The notes below the pieces were generated by a model, which was not told the DNA's origin, made no database searches, and saw only the letters and a program-made list of their open reading frames with translations. DNA of 47,652 bases, taken from a virus. Lineage: Duplodnaviria > Caudoviricetes. The translations under genes were made by a program, and so were the position numbers. Location: positions 1-47,652 of IMG/VR virus record IMGVR_UViG_3300010376_000050; one strand, written 5' to 3'. This document shows positions 35,701 through 42,840 of this stretch, piece by piece. Position 1 is the first letter of the stretch, and every line of letters begins with the position of its first letter.

Positions 35701-38700
35701 ACATCGCCGAGCGTCGGTAGCTGCCCACGGGCTCGTTGTTGTTCGCTTCCGCACCGATGTAACTGAACCATTGCCAATAGCCGCCGACGACGTCCCAGTC
35801 GGGACCGAACCCGGCCGTATTATTGATCAGCGGATAAACGTGGTCGAAAAGAATCGAGGAGTTGTAGCACAACCCGGTGCGGTCGTTGTTACTGCACTCG
35901 CCGTCGACCACGCCGCGGCCCGGGTACTTGAACGCCATGTTGCGGAACGTCATCTGCTGAAAAATCTGAGAGAGCCAGATGCCCGGTTTGTTGTTACTTG
36001 GCCCGCCCGCGTTGGATAGCAGCATCTGGCCGGTGCCGTCGCCCTGAACAATGAGCGGTCCATAGTTTTCCTTCATCCAGCAGGTGGGCGGAGTGCTGAA
36101 GTTCGGATCTCCTGGACCCATAATGTAGAGTCCCGAGTTCGCGTCTTGAGCGCAGGCGTACGTGTTGTCGGCGTAATAGACCGTCCCGGCCCCCTGCGTG
36201 TACGGCGGACCGGCGCAAGAACCTCCGGGAAGCGCGCAGATGGCGTTGTCGATGTTTAGTTTGGCCGTGCCCCAGGTGGTGCCGTCGTTCGCGTTCGATC
36301 CCCAGGGCGCGGCGTAGCGGACGGCGGCGGCGGTGGGAGTAATCGGAACGTAACTCGTCGACGAAGCTGGCCCCCCGATGCCGCACACCGTCGCCACCGG
36401 GCAGTTGTTCGCGTACGGAACGACGGTCGAGGCGTACATGAATGCCTCGTTCGCACTCATCGCCCCGGCCGTAGCGTGATTGAAAATCGGCGCGTAATAC
36501 TCGATCGCGTGCGTCGTATCGTAGGGGCCGTAGAAACCGACGAAAACGGGGCTGCTGGTTACCGAGGTAACATAACAGACCAGGTAGAGCAAGTCCCACT
36601 GACCGTCTCCGCCCACGATCGGCTGCCCCGAGCCGCTGTTGCAACTGAACGATCCACCAACCTGCGTGATCAGTATGTTCCCGGGAATCCCGTTGGCCGT
36701 CTGAGACCTCGCCCACACCTTGGCGACGAACACGTCGCCCACGCCCACGGTCATATTCGTCTGCGGCATCAGGTAAGCGTACTGCGTGCCGGACGTGGAA
36801 ACGAACCTCGCGGCCCCGGCGGTGCCGTCCGGCGCCGTAACGCCGGTAGTTACGGTGGTGCTGCCGCTGTTCGTAACGCTCGTCATCGTGGTGGTGGCCA
36901 GGTTCGGAAAGCGCACGGCGGCGGGGGCGAACATCCTAGAGGTATCTTCGCGGAAGCCGACCGGGTGACCGCTTTGAAAGCCCACTTGACCTTTCAAGAG
37001 CGGCGACGCTTTCTCGTAGGCGGCCTGATAGTCGTTGCCCAGGATCGTCATAGGGCCGAGAGTGTTCAGGTTTATTCCGAACCCCGAAGGGTCGTAGCCC
37101 TGAACCCCGTTGACCACCAGGTTGCCGTAGACGGCTTCGTTCCTCACGGCCGGGATCACGTTCGGGCCGAAATAGTCCTGCAGCTCGATCGCTTCGATCT
37201 CGCAATCGAGGCACGGGCCGCCGGTGGCGCCGTGCGAAGTAAACCATACGCCGGGCTCCACGTTCGTCCCGAAAGCCTCGATGTCCAAAGCACGGACGCG
37301 GATCGAGGCGAATCCCGTGTCGACGTAATACTTCACGCCGCCGCCGCAGTACCACCAGTTGTTGTCCAGCTGCCAGGCGAACGATTGCGTGTTCCCGAGC
37401 CCGGCGCTGATCAAGATGTTCGCACCACCGTCCGAGCCCGGCGTGGCGCCGCAATCGGTCGCCAGCGTGGTATGATCCATATAGTTCTGAAACGAATTCT
37501 GCCCCTGCTTGATCGTCGGACCACCGGTGCCGTTGTTCGTGGTGACGATGATCGCGTCGTTCGTGAAGTGCATCGAGACGGATCCACCCGTGTTGGCACC
37601 CGTCGAGTCGTAACCCATCTGCACGGGTTGCTTGCTTCCGAAGGTGATGTTCTCGATGGTGACGCCCGAACCGTTCAGCACCACCATCGTCGTCGGGGCC
37701 GTGCCGCTGACCGTCAGACAGGATTTGCCGCCACCGGTGGACAGCGAGGCGTTCAGCTCGCGGCTGACGCCAACTATCGTTATCGCTTGATTTCCCGCGG
37801 CGACGTGCATCCAGCCGTTCGGCGGGCTGGCGTAATTCGGGTCGCCCGCGCCCATAAAGCCCAAGCCGACGGGCGGAGACGTGTAGGGGTTCCAGAGGGC
37901 GCAGTTCGCCTGCCCGTTCGAAAGCACTTCGACCACTCCCGTCCCCGCCGTGGGAGGCGAGACCGCCCCGCCCGGCAACGCCTCGAGCGCAGCTTCGACG
38001 GATGCTTTGCACGAACCGCGGCCTTTGCCGTCGTTCGAGTCGTTACCGGACGACGAAACGCATTGATACGCATTCGTAGCTATTTTCGGATCGAACGAAC
38101 CCACCGTGGGCGTCCCCGACGTGACCGGCCCCGGGACGGCGATGCTCGTGCCGCCCGCGTTCGTCGTGATGCCCGACGGCCCCACCACCGCGGCGGTCCC
38201 CGCGTTCGTGTAGAACGGCAGACTGAATTGCGCTCCGGGACTGACCGTGCCCGAACCACCTCCACCGGCGGGCGTCGAGCAACCGAGAACTAACCCGGCC
38301 CCCAGAGACGAGGCGAACTGACCGGGAGAGCAAGAACTGCCGGCCGGAACGTCCGCCGCGGCGAGCGTGTGGCCGGTCCATACTCCACCGACGACTTGCA
38401 GAAACTGACCGGCCGACGGCACCCCCGAAGCCACTGGCGTGTTCCTGATGCCGACTACCGTTTGACTGGTCGGTGATCCGCTCAGGTCCCCGGCCGCGAC
38501 GAACCCGCCGCCCCCGCCGCCGCCGCCGTTGGCCACCCAAGCGGTGCAGTTGTTATTCGACGAAGCTTGGCAAATCCGTTGACTGAGCAGCGTCACGTTG
38601 TAGTAGAAAGCCCCGATCACGACGCCCGTCAATTCCTGATCGCCGTAAGCCGTGACCGGCTGCGTGGCCGTGAACAGGTTTATCCGTATCGAAGGGGGCG

Positions 38701-39112
38701 TCAACGTCACCGTCTGCGGCGACGTCGTTGCCACCGTAACCTGTTGCGTGTAGCACGGTGAGCTCGCCTGCGGGCAAACCTGAAACACCCAGATCGAATC
38801 GGCCGGTATAATGTTCGCGTTCGCCGGCAGCAAGATCGTCGCCGTACCGGTGGCGCTCAACGCGCCTTGCTGCGGTGCCGTCGAGCCCCCTCCGCCCGAC
38901 ACCGTGTATATTCCCGACGGGTTATTGCCGATCCGCATGGTCAACGACACCGACCACGTGCCGTTATTCCACGTCTGATTGTCCGGCGTGTCCCGGACCG
39001 TCAGATTCACCGTCGTTTGGGCCGTCAGACGACCGGCGAACAAGAGCAGAAAGAGCAGCGGAAGTACCTTATTCGTCGTCTTCGCCAAGATCTTCAGGGT
39101 TTGCCTCATCAT
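32711..39112 (-). CDS. Giant tailspike/tail-fibre-like protein with three beta-helix modules and a signal peptide (2133 aa)
   Basis: Fibre motifs GDLSGS and GGTYPNPT; three GxxxNxG...KxxxxxAxxALPG beta-helix caps; N-terminal KVLPLLFLLLFAGRLTA|Q. Confidence 0.8.
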   Translation of the reverse strand: MMRQTLKILAKTTNKVLPLLFLLLFAGRLTAQTTVNLTVRDTPDNQTWNNGTWSVSLTMRIGNNPSGIYTVSGGGGSTAPQQGALSATGTATILLPANANIIPADSIWVFQVCPQASSPCYTQQVTVATTSPQTVTLTPPSIRINLFTATQPVTAYGDQELTGVVIGAFYYNVTLLSQRICQASSNNNCTAWVANGGGGGGGGFVAAGDLSGSPTSQTVVGIRNTPVASGVPSAGQFLQVVGGVWTGHTLAAADVPAGSSCSPGQFASSLGAGLVLGCSTPAGGGGSGTVSPGAQFSLPFYTNAGTAAVVGPSGITTNAGGTSIAVPGPVTSGTPTVGSFDPKIATNAYQCVSSSGNDSNDGKGRGSCKASVEAALEALPGGAVSPPTAGTGVVEVLSNGQANCALWNPYTSPPVGLGFMGAGDPNYASPPNGWMHVAAGNQAITIVGVSRELNASLSTGGGKSCLTVSGTAPTTMVVLNGSGVTIENITFGSKQPVQMGYDSTGANTGGSVSMHFTNDAIIVTTNNGTGGPTIKQGQNSFQNYMDHTTLATDCGATPGSDGGANILISAGLGNTQSFAWQLDNNWWYCGGGVKYYVDTGFASIRVRALDIEAFGTNVEPGVWFTSHGATGGPCLDCEIEAIELQDYFGPNVIPAVRNEAVYGNLVVNGVQGYDPSGFGINLNTLGPMTILGNDYQAAYEKASPLLKGQVGFQSGHPVGFREDTSRMFAPAAVRFPNLATTTMTSVTNSGSTTVTTGVTAPDGTAGAARFVSTSGTQYAYLMPQTNMTVGVGDVFVAKVWARSQTANGIPGNILITQVGGSFSCNSGSGQPIVGGDGQWDLLYLVCYVTSVTSSPVFVGFYGPYDTTHAIEYYAPIFNHATAGAMSANEAFMYASTVVPYANNCPVATVCGIGGPASSTSYVPITPTAAAVRYAAPWGSNANDGTTWGTAKLNIDNAICALPGGSCAGPPYTQGAGTVYYADNTYACAQDANSGLYIMGPGDPNFSTPPTCWMKENYGPLIVQGDGTGQMLLSNAGGPSNNKPGIWLSQIFQQMTFRNMAFKYPGRGVVDGECSNNDRTGLCYNSSILFDHVYPLINNTAGFGPDWDVVGGYWQWFSYIGAEANNNEPVGSYRRSAMSLKALGIATLDHVSIGGDSGIRIYGGQVNGLDIKWAELDSSTGGVCDPVVWLDNSQGNHYTFEHITNADCAGGAATPPSYAVRVDAAAPNDVVVNGVQGQQAPVKGPMLLLSQNKVDGFDLLADAINNRQLGYQRQRVMGELDQVKRTFPLEPVQYANVSIPQASWIPYNTGGTTTLASTGDPIGAANATRISSTISPFGGATVYDVTGVFHAGDWVLYGGWFRAPDGGVFTGNTPFSWSMTGGACTASSVARANYYPYLQPDIFTVATNYVWLSGYVKWGSDSTTCELGGFVRATAANRTDVYGLVINYIPATLGLDDTTVLDYYDNLKSYDTSCPVGSLCGMGSANVVIPGLSSNIPSATDGVMYVTTYGNNSNNGLSYNQAKATIQAAENALPGAGGSIFLAAGSYAGAVTISKPTHIICAQPNGTPSTTITIPNASNANVITIAAGGTLTLEYCYVDGNRANQTTGGYLVYSSSTSLSQVYLMSNIFANGLLGGINFTNGGSSLYIDKNIFGGNGPTASVGWDIQLKASSSGNLTYSHVDNNSFGSNNGCISITSDNGAAIQMFGLMIIDNECQPNSFTATASTGISIVGNTTAGQSSEIFVRGNTLRNFATTAVAQNFIVVSNISNSSVSDNIIPGLGSGGTVPAIVMTNSNNVDLSRNNISNFNNPTGDGGVGIKISDAASTGNSVDINTISTTTTAVLDNGTGTLFAQWLSGGGFYSKTIGSLANPISILYLNAFDFNGPNLFFPCTAANTPPSISPPTIGGIFTCGPQSADMSYNVLASAWQYLALQCSTSPVAGHLAVFGTNYPCLADGGAAGAPSGAAGGALGGTYPNPTLSAATSCTNQVVTAIAQATAVGTCSSVTGAMMTNNTVTATQLAAQYSKLGCEPGIGDGLNAITSGTYLQYTCYNYSGVTWTITSIKCLTDNNGTSTLNATNGAGTGLLTGAVTCTNAFASGTQSATTTIASGDYIKFTFVSDGASKQSTWVVAFTQ

Positions 39113-39188
39113 CGCCGCCGTCCGACTCCGGTGCCGTGTTTACTTCGTACTCTTCCCCGAATTCTTCGTACGTCTCGAGTGGCATCAT
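39069..39188 (-). CDS. Hyper-acidic 39-aa peptide
   Basis: ATGATG overlaps the ATP-grasp stop; MMPLETYEEFGEEYEVNTAPESDGGDDEANPEDLGEDDE. Confidence 0.5.
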   Translation of the reverse strand: MMPLETYEEFGEEYEVNTAPESDGGDDEANPEDLGEDDE

Positions 39189-40762
39189 GCCGCTATCACG
39201 CCAGTGTTCTTCTCGACCTCGACGACGCGGTCGTCCCAGAGTTCGATCATCGCCGGGTCCTTCGAGCAGGTGACTTCCAACGGCAAGTTGATGTTCCCCG
39301 TGATCCAGTTGTAAACTTTCACGAGTTCGGCGGGACCGAGCGCGGCACGCGCCGTGACGATCCTCACCTCCCGACCGGCGGCGACGCGGCGCCTTAACTT
39401 CTCGACGGCCGGTCCGATCGGATCGCCTATCTTTATCTGCCCTTTGCGGTGTTTGGCCAGCGTTCCGTCGAGGTCGAAACCGATCCAGCCGGGCAATTCC
39501 GGCTCGCCGGAAAGAATCCGCACGAGCTCGCGGTAGTCCGCGAGGAATTCTTCGGCGAGGTCGACGCGGTATTGAACCTCGGGAATCTTCAGCCGCCCGG
39601 AGATTTCGTACGCGCGCGCGAACGCTTCGCCGATTACTCCACCGCGGCCGTTCACCACGCCGAGGATGCCGAACCCGCCCGAACTCCGGAGCTCGTCGTC
39701 GTCGAGCCGCACGTTGTACGGATAAAACCACCGCTCGTCGCCTCGTTCGAATCCTCGCAACGGCACACCTTCTTGCGCCTCGTATCTTGTAGATGGATAA
39801 GGGGATAGCGTCAACCTGACGCCCGCGGCGTAACCGTCGTAGAGGACCGCTTCTGATGCTGTGCCGCGCGCCGAGGCGCTTAAAAAAGCTCCGAAGTCGA
39901 ACTCGCACAGACCGCACAGCAAGGTCGGGAGCGCGTCGTATCCGAAGCGCGGCGTGAATTCTAAACCGTATACTCCGCGCTCGTTCACCACGGCGTTCAC
40001 GTCGAGGGGCCCGACGTAACACCTCTCGCGGAGAAGTTCGGTCAGCGGAGCGAGAGTTTCTTCTACGATCGGGTCGCGCCAGTCGCAACGCCAAACGACG
40101 TTCCCGGAACAGCCTCCCGAGGGCCCCAAATCTCCGGCGAGGAAGTGCTTCCGCTCGAGCGTGTGATTAAACATGCCGTCGACCCAGTTCTCGCCGTCGA
40201 ACCAGCCTTCCGTCGAAACCGCCACGCCCTCGACGAATTCTTGAACCGTCAATTCGATTTCCCCGGCCATGTGGGTCTTCGCCCACTGCTCGAGCATCTT
40301 CGCGGCGTCTTCCGGGTCGCTCGCCACGTAGGAAGGAAGGTTGCCGCTTAGGGCGCCTTCCGGTTTAAGGACAACCTTCCCGCCCCCGGCCAGATCATCC
40401 ACCCCCTTCCGGGCGTCCTCCCAGGAGGTCACCCGCTTAGATTTCGGCACGAGCATCCCCGACCGCGACATCACCTCTCCCGCGAATTTCCGGTCGCCCT
40501 CCAGGCGGTCGGCGAACGCCGAACCGCCGAACACCGCCCGCCCGGACTCGCGGAATTGATCCATCAAGACGCCGAAGCCCGTGCAATCGGCCACGACCGT
40601 CTCGCCGTACTCGTAATCCCCGGCGAAATCGATCAAACCTTTGCCGTGCTTTTCGGCCGTCGGGTCGCGCGGCCACAACCGCGCTTCGTGGCCTTCCATC
40701 TTGAGGCGCAGAGCGAGGCCGACGCCGTCGCCAGCCTCGCTGAGTATGAGGAAGCGAGCCAT
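39185..40762 (-). CDS. PurD/GARS-fold ATP-grasp ligase fused to a C-terminal HAD-family phosphatase
   Basis: FGGSAFADRLEGDR, VVLKPEG, QEFVEG, LEFTPRFG and AFARAY...QYRVD follow PurD order; C-terminal WIGFDLDGTLA...IVTAR...K...WDD are HAD motifs I-IV. Confidence 0.85.
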   Translation of the reverse strand: MARFLILSEAGDGVGLALRLKMEGHEARLWPRDPTAEKHGKGLIDFAGDYEYGETVVADCTGFGVLMDQFRESGRAVFGGSAFADRLEGDRKFAGEVMSRSGMLVPKSKRVTSWEDARKGVDDLAGGGKVVLKPEGALSGNLPSYVASDPEDAAKMLEQWAKTHMAGEIELTVQEFVEGVAVSTEGWFDGENWVDGMFNHTLERKHFLAGDLGPSGGCSGNVVWRCDWRDPIVEETLAPLTELLRERCYVGPLDVNAVVNERGVYGLEFTPRFGYDALPTLLCGLCEFDFGAFLSASARGTASEAVLYDGYAAGVRLTLSPYPSTRYEAQEGVPLRGFERGDERWFYPYNVRLDDDELRSSGGFGILGVVNGRGGVIGEAFARAYEISGRLKIPEVQYRVDLAEEFLADYRELVRILSGEPELPGWIGFDLDGTLAKHRKGQIKIGDPIGPAVEKLRRRVAAGREVRIVTARAALGPAELVKVYNWITGNINLPLEVTCSKDPAMIELWDDRVVEVEKNTGVIAA

Positions 40763-40780
40763 TCTCCCGTAGTCACCGCT

Positions 40781-41032
40781 TTACTTGTAGCTGGTTGGTT
40801 TCTTTTGCCCGTATTGGCGCACCACGCTGCCCACCGGGTGATCCTGTATGCCGGTGCGCGTGCGCGCCTGCGTGAACTCCGTCGCCCCGCCGCCGATCGA
40901 CGTGGCTACGGGCGCCCCGCCGACGTCCGTGCCGCCGTCGCGGACCGGAGAAGTCGACGTCTCGCCGTCGATCACCACGCTCGCTTCGTTGGCGAACCGC
41001 TTGGCATCCTCTCTGTTGCCGAAAAAGCTCAT
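40781..41032 (-). CDS. Small peptide B with RTRTGIQ motif (83 aa)
   Basis: AAAGGAGG RBS; motif shared with the upstream peptide. Confidence 0.75.
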   Translation of the reverse strand: MSFFGNREDAKRFANEASVVIDGETSTSPVRDGGTDVGGAPVATSIGGGATEFTQARTRTGIQDHPVGSVVRQYGQKKPTSYK

Positions 41033-41067
41033 AAGAACCTCCTTTCGTCCGTCACTATACTATTTCT

Positions 41068-41304
41068 CTAATGCCCTGTGTCTTGCGGCTTTCCGTTCGG
41101 ATGATGCTTTAATCCGAACGTGCGGTCGCCCCACACGTACTCGGAATTCTGTATCCCCGTACGCGTCCGCCCCATGTCGCTGTAAATCTCGACGAGCTTG
41201 GTCGGCTCGGCCTCGATCGGCTCGTCGACGCTTTGCTTCGACAACGACGTCTTTTTTCGGTCGTCCGGCTTGCGGATGTCCGCGATCGGAACGTGTTCGC
41301 TCAT
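41068..41304 (-). CDS. Small peptide A with RTRTGIQ motif (78 aa)
   Basis: GGAGGAG RBS before MSEHV. Confidence 0.75.
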   Translation of the reverse strand: MSEHVPIADIRKPDDRKKTSLSKQSVDEPIEAEPTKLVEIYSDMGRTRTGIQNSEYVWGDRTFGLKHHPNGKPQDTGH

Positions 41305-41333
41305 TTTACTCTCCTCCCGCAACGCGCTATAAT
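41305..41333 (+). promoter_or_regulatory. Antisense sigma70-type promoter
   Basis: TTTACT-N17-TATAAT, with ATG 6 nt downstream. Confidence 0.65.
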
Positions 41334-41339
41334 ACGGGA

Positions 41340-41474
41340 ATGATTACACTTATCGTCGTACTCGGCCAAGTCGCGATCGGCGTCATCGTCGGCCTCATCG
41401 TCGCGCTATGGCCCTCCCGGGACGGCGTCGGCCGCATCTTGCCCCGCTCCACCGGCCGCCAAAACCGTTTTTAA
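41340..41474 (+). CDS. Leaderless single-TM peptide (44 aa)
   Basis: MITLIVVLGQVAIGVIVGLIVALWPSR..., directly after the promoter. Confidence 0.55.
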   Translation: MITLIVVLGQVAIGVIVGLIVALWPSRDGVGRILPRSTGRQNRF

Positions 41475-42821
41475 GAACCTCGGTATGTTCTCGATCGGGT
41501 CCCGCCCGGCCAGCGTCTGTATAAACTTACCCAACCGCGTCGCCCCGCCCGGACTCTCGACGGCGCGCTTGGTCATCACGGCCGCGGCCGCGCCCGGCGT
41601 GCCGCCGAATATCTCGCCCATTCCTCCGGCCATGACGTCGCGGAATCCTATCCCCGTGCCCTTTCCGGCGGTTTCGCGGCGCGTGGCTCGGATAAGAGCC
41701 TGCCGCGCCCCGGCCAGGTCGGCGTAATCTTGGTTCAACGCTTTCGCCCCGGGGGCGGCCCCTTCGATGACCTGGCGCAAATTCCCGTAGATCCGCTGCT
41801 GAACGCTCTTCATCATGTCCGGGAAGGCGCTCGATTGCCAGTTCACGTTGTCGCCCACCAGGCGCTTCATCTCGAGGGCGTCGGAGGCCGTCACCGTCGT
41901 CTGTGTTTTGAATTTCCGCGGACGTCCCAGGATGATGTTGCCTTGCGGATCGAGCGCGTGTTCGTAGGTTAGCGATTCGCGCAGGCCGTTCAACTCCTTC
42001 ACGGCCGCCTGTTTCTGCTCGGGGTTCATCGTGGACTTCAATATGTCTTGCTGCGCCTGTTGAATCGGATCGTTTATCGCCGACGTGATGTTCACCGGCT
42101 TCGGAGATTTGCCGATCTCCGTTCCGATCTCCTTGCCAACCTGATTCATCTTGGCTTCCACTTGCGAGAGCAATTCTTCCTGGCTGCCGCCCGTAAGTTT
42201 GTACTTCAGGATCGCCCGCGCCGGGTCCTTGCCGTACATCACGTCCTTGACGCCCACGCCCATCATCCGCGAGATCAGATTCTTCGTCAGTCCTCCGGCC
42301 ATCTCGATCGCCTTGCCGCCAACCTTCCCGGCCACTTCCGGCGCTATACCGTACTCGGCCACGTCCTTCGCCGTCTGCTTCAGCGTGACCTCGCCCGGCA
42401 CGGCCGCTTGCCCCGCCGTCGAGCCGATCGCCGAACCGAGCGCCGAACCCGCCATGCGTCCGAGCCAGGAACCTTCCGGACCGAATTCGGCTCCGATTCC
42501 GGCGCCCAACGCCGGGAACACGCCTTGGGCGATCGGCGCCGTGACGCGCCCGAATTCCCGCTGTTGGGTCATCGTGCGCGTGGGCCCGGGCGGACGCTCC
42601 CAACGCGGGCGGCCCCAAGTTTCGGTGGTGAGTTCGGGAGGTGCGGCCGCGGGTTTAGGGGCGGCGGTTTTCGGCCGCGGAAGATTTGCCGCGGCAAACT
42701 TCGGCTTGTTCTTCACGGCCCAATCGTAAGCGTCCGCGTCGGAGAGTCCCTTCGGGACGGTGACCGTATAATTCTGGCCGCCCTTGGTGAACGTCACGAC
42801 CTCGTTTTGTCCGTTCGGCAT
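41406..42821 (-). CDS. Putative ejection/internal virion protein (471 aa)
   Basis: Helical with G/A-rich hydrophobic segments; third of three genes after the adaptor. Confidence 0.65.
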   Translation of the reverse strand: MPNGQNEVVTFTKGGQNYTVTVPKGLSDADAYDWAVKNKPKFAAANLPRPKTAAPKPAAAPPELTTETWGRPRWERPPGPTRTMTQQREFGRVTAPIAQGVFPALGAGIGAEFGPEGSWLGRMAGSALGSAIGSTAGQAAVPGEVTLKQTAKDVAEYGIAPEVAGKVGGKAIEMAGGLTKNLISRMMGVGVKDVMYGKDPARAILKYKLTGGSQEELLSQVEAKMNQVGKEIGTEIGKSPKPVNITSAINDPIQQAQQDILKSTMNPEQKQAAVKELNGLRESLTYEHALDPQGNIILGRPRKFKTQTTVTASDALEMKRLVGDNVNWQSSAFPDMMKSVQQRIYGNLRQVIEGAAPGAKALNQDYADLAGARQALIRATRRETAGKGTGIGFRDVMAGGMGEIFGGTPGAAAAVMTKRAVESPGGATRLGKFIQTLAGRDPIENIPRFLKTVLAAGGAGQDAADAVPGGP

Positions 42822-42840
42822 GAACTCGATCCCAACTCGA

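Noticed and set aside
39185-40762. Annotation as bona fide purD (auxiliary metabolic gene)
   Set aside because: Signature motifs are diverged, it has a HAD fusion and there is no purine context, so the symbol was withheld.
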